Positions 11,563 through 22,576 of a DNA stretch of 64,000 nucleotides are shown here, piece by piece. How positions within the stretch are numbered: the stretch's first letter is position 1; every line of letters begins with the position of its first letter. The notes below the pieces were generated by a model, which was given only the letters and a program-made list of their open reading frames with translations, was not told the origin of the DNA and did not search any database. Origin of the DNA: Mustelus asterias (lineage: Eukaryota). The stretch lies in contig NW_027590536.1 of the NCBI RefSeq assembly GCF_964213995.1, positions 186,001 through 250,000 of the forward strand. The letters are read 5' to 3'. Both the position numbers and the translations under genes were made by a program.

Positions 11563-12013
11563 CCTTTCAGGTGAGGAATTCCCACTCACCTGAAGAAGGA
11601 GCTTAAGGCTCCGAAAGCTTGTGGCTTTTGCTACCAAATAAACATAGAAACCCTACAGTGCAGAAGGAGGCCATTCGGCTCATCGAGTCTGCACCGACCA
11701 CAATCCCACCCAGGCCCGACCCCCACATATTTACCCGCTAATCCCTCTAACCTACGCATCTCAGGACACTAAGGGGCAATTTTTAACCTGGCCAATCAAC
11801 AATTTTTAACCTGGCCTGCACATCTTTGGACTGTGGGAGGAAACCGGAGCACCCGGAGGAAACCCACGCAGACACGAGGAGAATGTACAAACTCCACACA
11901 GACAGTGACCTGAGCCGGGAATCAAACCCAGGACCCTGGAGCTGTGAAGCAGCAGTGCTAACCACTGTGCTACCGTGCCGCCCTGTTGGACTTTAACCTG
12001 GTGTTGTTAAACT
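11563..12013. mobile_element. Penelope terminal-repeat fragment interrupted by a SINE
   Basis: CACCTGAAGAAGGAGC...CTACCAAATAAA, then the SINE, then TGTTGGACTTTAACCTGGTGTTGTTAAAC. Confidence 0.75.
11643..11983 (-). mobile_element. HE1-like tRNA-derived V-SINE
   Basis: tRNA-like head with A/B boxes, V-domain (GGGTTTCCTCCGGGTGCTCCGGTTTCCTCCCACAGTCCAAAGA) and CR1-type TTCTATG tail. Confidence 0.9.
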
Positions 12014-12016
12014 ACC

Positions 12017-12252
12017 CAGGACAGGAAGCAGTGAGCATGGATCTGTCAATCAGCCTCAATCAGCACCTTCAGGAGAATTGGGAGGGTGAATATTAGATAC
12101 AGCAGAGTGAGAATGGAGGGAGAGTGTGTGGGATGGAGATTCACAGCTTTTGGGGAATGAGAGAGGAAAGAATGTTCCATAGAAACTAGAATCGTCTGTT
12201 CTGAATTTCTATCCTGTGCTGACATTGATGAATTTTTCAAACTCGTTTACAG
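12017..12252 (+). other. Conserved small 5' exon (uORF MDLSISLNQHLQENWE) plus short intron of gene B
   Basis: ATG, AGG|GTGAAT donor, GCTGAC branch-like site and TTTACAG acceptor. Near-identical copies precede other ZNF genes. Confidence 0.65.
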
Positions 12253-12610
12253 GATATGAGAAGGTGAGGATTGACAGACCAAAATCTTGAAACAAACATC
12301 ACATCAGCATTTGACACCCTCACTCAATTCATCGGACCTGAATATTATCAGCCTTTGAATCTAGAAGGAGAAATGTTTCTCTGTTCTGTCTGCGTCAACC
12401 GGCCTTTAATATCAATGTGACTGGAAAAGTACCAAGGCGCAGATACACCCGAGTGACAGTGTTCCACTGCACTGAGTGTGGAAAGAGCTTTAACCAGTTA
12501 CACAGCCTAAAAATACATCGCAGCATTCACAACGGGGAGAGACTGTACCCACGTTCTGTGTGAGATTTAACTGACTGTTTAACCTGGAGAGTCACAAGGA
12601 CACCCGCACC

Positions 12611-13984
12611 ATGGAGAAACCGTGGAAATGTGGGGACTGTGGGAAGAGATACAGAGCCCCCTGTGACCTGGAAATCCATCGACGCAGTCACACCGGAGAG
12701 AGGCCATTTACCTGCTCTGTGTGTGGGAAGGGATACATTCAGTTATCCCACCTGCTCAGACACAAAGTCACTCACAGCAATGAGAGACCCTTTAAATGCT
12801 CTGACTGTGGAAGCAACTTCAAACGTGCTGCGGATCTGAGAGAGCACGAGCGCATTCACACTGAGGAGAGACCGTTCAGCTGCTCTCTCTGCACAATGAC
12901 ATTTCGAAGGTCATCCAACCTGCGGCAACACCAGCGAGTTCACACTGGGGACAGACCGTTCACCTGCTCTGTGTGTGGGAAGGGATTCACTCAATTATCC
13001 AGCCTGATGAAACACAAAGTCACTCACACCCAGGAGAGACCCTTTAAATGCTCTGACTGTGGGAGAGGCTTCAAAAGCTCTGGTGAACTGATGTCCCACA
13101 AACGCTTTCACACTGCAGAGGGACTGTTCACCTGCTGTGTGTGTGGGAAGGGATTCAATCGGTCACCCCACCTGCAGACACACCAGCGAGTTCATACTGG
13201 GGAGAGGCCGTTCACCTGCCCTGTGTGTGGGAAGGGATTCACTCAGTCATCCCACTTACAGAATCACAAAGTCACTCACAGCAATGAGAGACCCTTTAAA
13301 TGCTCTGACTGTGGGAGCGGCTTCAAAAGTGCTGCGGATCTGAATATCCACCAGCGCATTCACACCGAGGAGAGACCGTTCAGCTGCTCTCACTGCACAA
13401 AGAGGTTCAAAACCTCATCCAATCTGCGGGTACACCAGCGAGTTCACACTGGGAAGAGGCCATTCACTTGCTCTGTGTGTGGGAAGGGATTCACTCAGAC
13501 ATCTGGTCTGACAACACACAAAGTCACTCACAGCAATGAGAGACCTTTTAAATGCCCTGACTGTGGGCGTGTCTTCAAAAGTGCTGCGGATCTGATGATT
13601 CACCAGCGCATTCACACCGAGGAGAGACCCTTCAGCTGCTCTCACTGCACAAAGAGATTTAAAAGTTCATCCAATCTGCGGAAACACCAGCGAGTTCACA
13701 CTGGGGAGAAACCATTCCCCTGCTGTGTGTGTGGGAAAGGATTCACTCAGTTGTCCAGCCTGCTGAAGCACAAAAGCACTCACACCCAGGAGAGAGCCTT
13801 TCAATGCACTGACTGTGGGACTGGTTTTGAAAGCTCTCATGAACTGTTGATTCACCAGCGAGTTCACACTGAGGAGAGACCATTCCCCTGCTCTGTGTGT
13901 GGAAAGGGATTCACTCAGTCATCCAGCTTGCTGAGACACAATGTTACTCACAGCAAGGAGAGACCCTTTAAATGCTCTGACTGA
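12611..13984 (+). CDS. C2H2 ZNF protein, 457 aa, 16 fingers (gene B)
   Basis: ACCATGG start and 16 complete fingers. Ends at a Cys-position TGA in finger 17; degenerate fingers continue to an HK-stop at 14516. Confidence 0.93.
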   Translation: MEKPWKCGDCGKRYRAPCDLEIHRRSHTGERPFTCSVCGKGYIQLSHLLRHKVTHSNERPFKCSDCGSNFKRAADLREHERIHTEERPFSCSLCTMTFRRSSNLRQHQRVHTGDRPFTCSVCGKGFTQLSSLMKHKVTHTQERPFKCSDCGRGFKSSGELMSHKRFHTAEGLFTCCVCGKGFNRSPHLQTHQRVHTGERPFTCPVCGKGFTQSSHLQNHKVTHSNERPFKCSDCGSGFKSAADLNIHQRIHTEERPFSCSHCTKRFKTSSNLRVHQRVHTGKRPFTCSVCGKGFTQTSGLTTHKVTHSNERPFKCPDCGRVFKSAADLMIHQRIHTEERPFSCSHCTKRFKSSSNLRKHQRVHTGEKPFPCCVCGKGFTQLSSLLKHKSTHTQERAFQCTDCGTGFESSHELLIHQRVHTEERPFPCSVCGKGFTQSSSLLRHNVTHSKERPFKCSD

Positions 13985-14575
13985 GAGGCCGGACTCAAAA
14001 CCTCTCAGGAACTGATGATCAACCAGTGCATTTACACAGGGGAGAGACAGTTCAGCTGCTCTGTGTGTGGGCGTGGCTTCAAAAGCTCTGGCTAACTGGT
14101 GTCCCACCAGCACACTCTCATTGCACAAAGAGATTTAAATGGTCATCCAACCTGCAGGAACACCAGTGAGTTCACACCGGGGAGAGACCATTTACCTGCT
14201 TGGTGAGTGTGAAAGGATTTACTCGGTTATCCAGACTGCACAGACAGAACATCACTCACACTCTGCAGAGATCCTTTAAATTCTCCGAATGTGGGTGCGG
14301 CTTCAAAAGCTCTCAGGAACTGATGATCCACCAGCGCATTCACACTGGAGAGAGGCCATTCAGCTGCTCTGTATGTGGGAAGGGATTCACTCAGTCATCC
14401 AACCTGCAGGTACACAGCGAGTTCACACCGGGCAGAGGCTGTTCACCTGCTCTGACTGTGGGAAGGGATTCACTCAGTCAGCAAACTTGGTGAAACACCA
14501 GCGCTTTCACAAGTGATTACAGTTCTGGGATTATTCTTGTGAATCTTTCTTGCCCTTTCTCCAGTGCCTCTGTTT

Positions 14576-14880
14576 CATAGAATCATAGAAGGCCATTCGG
14601 CCCATCGAGTCTACATCGACCACAATCCCACCCAGGCCCTATTCCCACAACCCCACATATTTACCCTGTTAATCCCCACAAACACTAGTGTTAATTTATC
14701 ATGGCCAATCAACCTAACCCACACATCTTTGGACTGTGGGAGAAAACCGGAGCACCCGGAGGAAACCCACGCAGACACAGAGAGAATGTGCAGACTCCGC
14801 GCAGACAGAGAACCGAGGGCGGAATTGAACCTGGGTCCCTGGCGCTGTGAGGCAGCAGTGCTGACCACCGTGCCACAGTG
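14576..14880 (-). mobile_element. HE1-like V-SINE
   Basis: Head, V-domain and CATAGAAT-repeat tail. Confidence 0.85.
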
Positions 14881-14931
14881 CCAGTGGTTAGCACTGCTGC
14901 CTCACTCCTTTTTCTAAATGGAGATCACAAA

Positions 14932-15985
14932 TAGAACATAGAACAGCACAGCACAGGAACAGACCCTTCAGCCCACGATGTTGTGTCGAACATGATGCCA
15001 AATTAAACTAATCCCTTCAGCCTGCCCTTGGTCCATATTCCTCTATTCCTTACAAATTCATGTGCTTATCTAAAAGCCCATTAAACACCCCTACCACATC
15101 TGCCTCCACCACCGCTCCTGACAGCGCGTTCCAGACACCTACCACTCTGTGTGTAAAAAACTTACCCCTCACATCTCCTTTGAACTTTCCCCATCTCTCC
15201 TGAAGTGCATGCCGCCTAGTAATAGACATTTCAACTCTGTGAAAAAGACTCTGACTGTCAACCCAATCTATGTCTCTTATCATTTTATAGACTTCTATCA
15301 GGTTTCCCCTCAGCCTCCACCGCGTCAGAGTAAACAACCCTAGTTTGTCCAGCCTGTCCTTATAGCTCATACCCTCTAATTCAGGCAGCGTCCTGGTAAA
15401 CCTCTTCTGCATCCTCTCCAAATTCTCCACATCCTTCCTGTAATGCAGCGAACAGAACTGAATGTAATATTCTAAGTGTGGCCTAACCTAACTTTTATAG
15501 AGCTGCAATATGACATCCTGACTCTTGTACTCAATAAAGGTAAGCATGCCTTTGGGAGCTATGGACTTGAACCGCAAGATCCCACTGTACATCAATGCTG
15601 TTCAGGGGTCTGCCATTAACTGGATACTTACCCTGAACATTTGATCTCCCAAAGTGCAGCACCTCACACTTGTCCGGATTAAAATCCATCTGCCATTTCT
15701 CCGCCCATATCTGCAGCTGATCTACATCCCACTGTATCCTTTGACAACCTTCTACACTATCTACAACTTCATCTAGCTTTGTGTCGTCTGCAAACTTAGT
15801 AACCCACACACCCACATTTTCAGCCAAGTCATTGATATATATACCACAAATAGCAGAAGTCCCAGAACAGATCCCTGTGGAACACCACTGGCCACGGACC
15901 TCCAGCCAGAAAACATCCTTGCACCACTATTCTCTGACTTCTATGGGCAAGTCAATTCTGAATCCAAGTGGCCAAGTCACCGTGA
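14932..15985 (-). mobile_element. CR1 LINE 3' fragment
   Basis: ORFs with KFADDTK, WQMDFNPDKC and RFTR motifs; ATAGAAC-repeat tail. Confidence 0.9.
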
Positions 15986-17320
15986 ATCCGAGTCTTCCTA
16001 ACCACAGACCACAGTCAGTAAGGATAGGCAACACCTCCTACCATGATCATCCTCAACACCGGTGCCCCACAAGGCCGTGTCCTCAGCCCCTCCTATATTC
16101 CTTATACACCTATGACAGTGTGGCCAAATTCTCCTCCAACTCAATTTTCAAATTTGCTGATGGCACCACTGTAGTGGGTCGGATCTCAGACAATGACAAG
16201 ATGGAGTGCAGGAAAGAGATAAAGAACCTGCTGAATTGGTGCGACAACAATAATCTCTCCCTCAATGTCAACAAAATGAAGGAGATTGTCATCGATTTCA
16301 AGAAGCGTAGTGGAGAACATGCCCCTATCTACGTCAACAGGGACGATACAGAAATGGTCGAGAACTTCATGTTTTTAGGTGTCAAGATCACCAACAACCT
16401 GTCCTGGTCCCCCCATGCTGACACTATAGTTAAGAAAGCCCACCAATGCCTCTACTTTCTCAGAAGACTAAGGATATTTGACACATCAGCTATGACTCTC
16501 ACCAACTTTTACAGATGCACCATAGAAAGCATTCTCTCTGGTTGTATCACAGCTTGGTATGGCTTCACAGCTCCAGCGACCTGGGTTTGATTCCCGGCTT
16601 GGGTCACTGTCTGTGTGGAGTTTGCACATTCTCCTCGTGTCTGCGTGGGTTTCCTCCAGGTGCTCCGGTTTCCTCCCACAGTCCAAAAGATGTGCGGGTG
16701 AGGTTGATTGGCTATGCTAAAATTGCCCTTAGTGTCCTGAGATGCGTAGGTTAGAGGGATTAGTGGGTAAAATATGTAGGGGTATGGGGGTGGGGCCTGG
16801 GTGGGATTGTGGTCGGTGCCGACTCGATGGGCCGAATGGCCTCTTTCTGTGCTGTAGGGTTTCTATGATTCTATGATTTCTATGATTCTGCTCTGCCCAA
16901 GACCACAATAAACTACAAAGGGTCAGGACACATATTAATGGACTCAAGAGCAGCTTCTTCACTGCTGCCATCAGACCTTTGAATGGACCTACCTCACATT
17001 CAGTTGATCTTTCTTTGCACCCTTGCTATGACTGTAACACTACATTCGGCACTCCCTCCTCCCATCCACTGACTCTGCCTCGGCAAAGCAGCCAGCATAA
17101 TTAAGGACCCTGCCCACCCCGGACATTCTCTCTTCCACCTTCTTCCGTCGGGAAAAAGACACAAAAGTCTGAGGTCACGTACCAACTGACTCAAGAGCAG
17201 CTTCCTCCCTGCTGCCATCAGACCTTTGAATGGACCTACCTCGCATTCAGTTGATCTTTCTCTGCAACCTCGCTATGACTGTAACACTACATTCTGCACC
17301 AGCTTCTTTCCTTCTCAATG
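15985..17320 (+). mobile_element. Rex1/Babar LINE fragment, interrupted by a SINE, with a duplicated 3' end
   Basis: FKFADGTTVVG, LYFLRRL and TNFYRCTIESILSGCITAWYG motifs; the 3' region is repeated at about 16940-17050 and 17190-17300. Confidence 0.88.
16562..16888 (+). mobile_element. HE1-like V-SINE (5'-clipped) nested in Rex1
   Basis: V-domain and TTCTATGA tail; splits the Rex1 WYG|CSAQD coding sequence. Confidence 0.88.
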
Positions 17321-18011
17321 AATAGATTATCCATTTTACTGTAATTTCCCTCACTTTGTGAGCATCTGCAGTGTGTTTAATTGGATCCTGATTGTTTTGA
17401 ACTCAGTTTCTCTCTGGAGTGTGTGTCAGTGCCTTGATGATGTCACAATGTTGTCTCAATCCCCTGGCCACATTAACCATTTCATCTCCTGCTGTGTCTC
17501 AAGTCGCTGTGTGTGTTTGGGACCCGCTCTTCACTCCATCTCACCATGAATTTAGGCTTGCTATTTTTCACATGTAACAAATCACATCTGTACACTCACT
17601 CCAGTATCCCAAAATCATGTCACACATTCCTAACTCTCAGATGTGCTGATGAAAAGATCAAAGTGAGTGTCTGTCTTTCTTATCTCCCCTGTTATGGTGC
17701 TGATATTTCATGTAGTGGCCGGGCTTTCAAATGTGGATTTTTCTAAAACAAAGTTCATGGACAAAGTTGTAAATATCTCCCAGAGAAAGTGATCAACTTA
17801 TTCATCCCATCAACACATTCCAGACTTTCACTGGACTGTAGGTGGATACCAGATTGATATATTCCATTCAACCACACCCAAGGTGAGTTATTCCAATTCC
17901 TTTATTGTCCAGGACAATATATCCACAATATCTTTAAAACAGAAATTAAACATTCCCATTTGATTTCAGGTATTAACATATTCTGTTAGTTTGTTCTTTA
18001 TTGTCAATGTC

Positions 18012-18330
18012 AGGCTGGGGTTGTTCCTCTTGGAGCAAAGGAGGTTGAGGGGAGATTTGATAGAGGTGGACAAGATTCTGACAGGTTTAGATAAGGTGGA
18101 CAAAGAAAAGCTGTTCCCATTAGCTGATGGGACAAGGAAGAGGGGGCCGCAGATTTAAGGTTCTGGATCAGAGGCGCGGAGGGGGTGGGGGGAATGTGAG
18201 GAAGAAGAATATGCAGCGAATGGTAATGACCTGGAACTCGCTGCCTACGAGGGTGGAGGAAGTGGAGACAATAAACAATTACAAAGGAAATTGGATGGGC
18301 ATTTGGGGCATTTCAAACAGAAATGCTGAC
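18012..18330 (+). mobile_element. Old CR1/L2 3' fragment
   Basis: LGLFLLEQRRLRGDLIEV-like sequence; also present inverted at about 855-965. Confidence 0.65.
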
Positions 18331-18567
18331 TAAATATCTCTGAACTTCCTCACACTCTATCACTCTGTGATCCTTGCTAAATCTGAAACCGGGTATCGCA
18401 ACAAGACTCAGAGCATCAGCCCACTGGAGGCAAAGTCATGAGACCGGCCAGTCCTGCAGAAAGAAACCCTCTGACCCTCCCCATTGACCAACTGTGAGAA
18501 TGAACAAAATGCAGTCCTGGATGTAACTGAGAGCAGAAACAATGACAGCAGAATCCAACCCCTGGAA

Positions 18568-19074
18568 TCACTTGTGAACTTGCTGGTGTCTCAGCAGGTG
18601 GGATGAAACTCTGAATCCCTTCCCACACTGAGAGCAGGTGAACGGCCTCTCCCCAGTGTGAACTCGCTGGTGTCTCCGTAGGTCAGATAACTGAATAAAT
18701 CCCTTCCCACACTGAGAGCAGGTGTGTGGTCTCTCCCCAGTGTGAACACGCTGGTGTCTACGCAGGTCAGATAACTGAGGAAATCCCTTCCCACACTGAG
18801 AGCAGGTGTGTGGTCTCTCCCCAGTGTGAACTCGCTGGTGTAACTGCAGGTGAGATGACTGACTGAATCCCTTCCCACACTGAGAGCAGGTGAACGGTCT
18901 CTCCCCAGTGTGAACTCGTTCGTGTGTCTGCAGGCAGTATAACTGAGTGAATCCCTCCGCACACTGGGAGCAGGTGAACGGTCTCTCCCCAGTGTGGCTA
19001 CGCCGATGAGCTTCCAGCTCTGATGGGTATCTGTACCTCTTCCCACAGTCCCCACATTTCCATGGTTTCTCCAT
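18568..19074 (-). CDS. C2H2 ZNF protein, 6 fingers (gene C, CSQC subfamily)
   Basis: [10 protein letters not shown] start at 19074, intact to the HK-stop. Confidence 0.9.
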   Translation of the reverse strand: MEKPWKCGDCGKRYRYPSELEAHRRSHTGERPFTCSQCAEGFTQLYCLQTHERVHTGERPFTCSQCGKGFSQSSHLQLHQRVHTGERPHTCSQCGKGFPQLSDLRRHQRVHTGERPHTCSQCGKGFIQLSDLRRHQRVHTGERPFTCSQCGKGFRVSSHLLRHQQVHK

Positions 19075-20577
19075 GGTGCAGGTGTCCTTGCCTCTGTCTT
19101 GGGTGGACAATCAGTTGAAGCAGAACACGGGTACAGTCTCTATGGGCTGGGAATGGTGTTACATTTATTCAGGCTGTGTAACTGGTTAAAGCTCTTTAGT
19201 CAGTGCACTGGAACACTCTCACTCCAGTGTGGCAGTGTGTTGCTGCTTTTCCAGTCACACTGATGTTTGAAATATTTTCAAATTGACAGACTGGACAATC
19301 ATTTCTCCTTCTAGATTCAAAGGCCGATGATATTCAGCTCCCAAGGAATATGACTCTGTCAGATCTGACGTGACGTTTGAGATTTCGGCCTGTGATTCCT
19401 CTTTCAATATCCTGTGAAAAGAATTTACAAAATTCAGCAGTGTCAGTGCAGGATAGAAATTCAGAACAGTTATTAAAAGTTTCTATGAAACATTCTTTCC
19501 TCTCTCATTCCCCCAAAGGTAAATCTCCATCCCACACACTCTCCCTCCATTCTCACTCTGCTGTATCTAATATTCACCCTCCCAATTCTCCTGAAGGTGC
19601 TGATTGAGGCTGATTGACAGATCTATGCTCACTACTTCCTGTCCTGGACACAGAGACCATAACAAATAGGAGCTGCAGTCGGCCATTTGGCCCATCGAGC
19701 CTTTTAAACTATTCAATGAGATAATTTGTTCATCTACCTCAGCATCATTCTCCCCACACTAAACCCATGTCCGCTGATATCTTCAATATCTAGAAACCAA
19801 TCAATCTCTCCCCTGAAAATAGTTGATGACTGAGGCTCCACAGTCCTCAGGGGTTGAGAATTCCAAAGCTTCCCAACATCCTTGAGTGAAGAAATCTCTC
19901 CTCATTTTAGCTTTCTCTCCATCTTTCTACCTGTCGCCCATAACCCTTGACACCATTGTCAATCACAAATCTGGCTAACTCATCCTGGAATATATTCAAC
20001 CTGGAATATAACAACCCTCTGAGGGAAGTCGAAAATATATAACATAGCTACAGTTCCATCTTACAAGTCTATGGATTCTATTTAAAAATGAACCTGGATG
20101 GGTACTTGAAGGAAATAAATTTGCAGGGGAACGGAATATAGAGGGGAATGGGACTGGATTGTTCTACAGAGAGTCGGCATGGACTCAAGTTACCAAATGG
20201 ATTCCTTCTGTGCTGTAATGACTCTATGACTGGAAATACATAACAGCAACAGCATTATATTACAAGACTAGAAATAATAAATGTATTTTGTTACAGGACC
20301 ACAAATAATATATCTAATCTGTACCATATAACAACAGTAGATATATCTCGTCCTATATTAATTTACTTTCCACTTAAATGTCAGCCATCTACTGGCTGAA
20401 CCAGTCCTTTAATTGTGAACATCAGGAAAGAGACCATCCTTTTAGCCAGACAAATAAACGTGTCAAGCTGAGGGAGCAAAGGATGTCAATGTCTTTCAGA
20501 GAGAGAAACCTGGGCCAACCTTTCCAGAGTCTGCAGCCTCCCTGGATTCACTTCCTTTCCCTTCACTTGCTGTAAGT

Positions 20578-20855
20578 GGGCACGGTGGTACAGTGGTTAG
20601 CACTGCTGTCTCACAGCGCAAGGGACCCGGGTTCGATTCGCGGCTTGGGCCACTGTCTGTGTGGAGTCTGCACGTTCTCCCTGTGTTTGCATGGGTTTCC
20701 TCCGGGTGTTCCGGATTTCTCCCACAGTCCAAAGATGTGCTGGTTTGGTCATTGACCCGAACAGGCGCCAGAGTGTGGCAAATAGGGGAATTTCACAATA
20801 ACTTCATTGCACTGTTAATGTAAGCCTTACTTGTGACTAATAAATAAACTTTAAA
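20578..20855 (+). mobile_element. V-SINE variant with a different tail (TAATAAATAAAC)
   Basis: Same head and V-domain as HE1, but a different 3' tail; related copy at about 48640-48830 (-). Confidence 0.75.
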
Positions 20856-20939
20856 AATTTGAAGTTCCCAATTTACCCAGAATGAGAAAAGAAATGGAAA
20901 GAATGAGAAAATAAAGTGTTTTACTCACAGATACTGGAG

Positions 20940-21410
20940 GAAGTTTCAGTCTGTCTGAAGCTCAATCTTCATTCACATAAAGCCCTCTGATTGGCTGGAG
21001 GACCAGGGTCCTTCCGGTCCTCCAACTCTTCCCATTGGTCAACACGTCAGCAAGAAGGCCAGGAGGTTAGGCGCACCCCGCACATGCGCAGTTGCTCCTC
21101 TCCTTTGGACATGCGCAGTCCTGGGCCTGTGGGAGGGGGAGATCACCGAGCGGCTTCTCGCTCTGGCCGGAGCCGTCAGCCGGTTGGCTGGAAAGCTTGG
21201 CTCGATGTGGTTTAGGGGGAGGGGAACAATGGGTGGGGGCGGGGCTCCCGGGTCCGCGCGCCCGGGCCTGCGCACTGGAACCCGGAGACGTCACCGCGGA
21301 GCGCAGTGATTCCTATTGGTTGATTCAGGCAAAGCTCCATTGTGACATCACAATGCGGAAGTTGTCCAATGAGCTTCAGAGTGAAACTCCCTCCTCTGGA
21401 CAACATCTGG
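20940..21410. promoter_or_regulatory. CpG-rich bidirectional promoter between ZNF genes C (-) and D (+)
   Basis: CpG-rich, with CCAAT boxes, CTTCCGG and CATGCGCA motifs; paralogous to 11100-11430. Confidence 0.72.
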
Positions 21411-22153
21411 GAGGAAATCAATGTTTCCCCCTTTCCATTTCTTTTCTCATTCTGGGGGAAATTGGAGACTTGCAGCAACTGAAGGGAAAGGAAGTGAATC
21501 CAGTCTGTATATTCCACACATTTTTAGCCCAGTAATTTAGACATCTGTCTGGCAGCCTGCATGGAGATTTTCAGCTCTCTGTGTCTAGGACAGGAAGCAG
21601 TGAGCATGGATCTGTCAATCAGCCTCAATCAGCACCTTCAGGAGAATTGGGAGGGTGAATATTAGATACAGCAGAGTGAGAATGGAGGGAGAGTGTGTGG
21701 GATGGAGATTTACAGCTTTTGGGCAATGAGAGGGGAAAGAATGTTCCATAGAAACTGGAATTGGCTGTTCTGAATTTCTAACCTGTGCTGACAGTGATGA
21801 ATTTTGTAAATTCTTTTTGCAGCATATGAGAAGGTGAGGATTTACAGGCAGAAATCTCAAACTAAACGTCACTCTATTCATTGGGACCTGAATGCTATTG
21901 GCCTTTGAATCTAGAAGGAGAAATGTTTCTCTGTCCTGTCTGCTTCAGAAGGTTTTGAACATCAGTGTGACTGGACAGACACACACACACCTGACTGAGA
22001 GTGTTCCAGTGCACAGACTGAAGAAAGAGCTTTAACCAGTGACACAACTGAAAAAAGCATCTCAACATTCTCAGCAGGGAGAACATCATTCCTGTGTTCT
22101 GTGTCAGACTTAATTGATGGTCTAACGTGGGGAGTCACAAGGACACCCGCACC

Positions 22154-22576
22154 ACGGAGAAACCGTGGAAATGTGGGGACTGTGGGAAAGGATTCAGTTT
22201 CCCATCTCACCTGGAAACTCATCGACGCAGTCACACTGGGGAGAGACCATTCACCTGCTCTGTGTGTGGGAAGGGATTCACTCAGTTACCCAACCTGCTG
22301 AGTCACAATCTTGCTCACACCCCGGAGAGACCGTTTAAATGTTCTGACTGTGGGAGCGGATTCAAAAGCTCTCAGGTACTTAGGGTCCACCAGCGCATTC
22401 ACACTGAGGAGAGACCGTTCAGCTACTCTCACTGCACAAAAAGATTTAGAACGTCATTCAACCTGCGGGTACATCAACGAGTTCACACTGGGGAGAGACC
22501 ATTCACCTGCTGTATGTGTGGGAAGGGATTCACTCAGTCATCCCAGCTGCTGAGACACCAACGAGTTCACAAGTGA
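22154..22576 (+). pseudogene. ZNF gene D, 5 fingers, start ATG changed to ACG
   Basis: ACCACGGAGAAACCGTGG where paralogs have ACCATGG; finger 4 has Cys replaced by Tyr. Confidence 0.75.

Noticed and set aside
11783-11965. Recurrent small ORFs MVSTAASQ... and MDCGRKPEH...
   Set aside because: Translations of SINE sequence.
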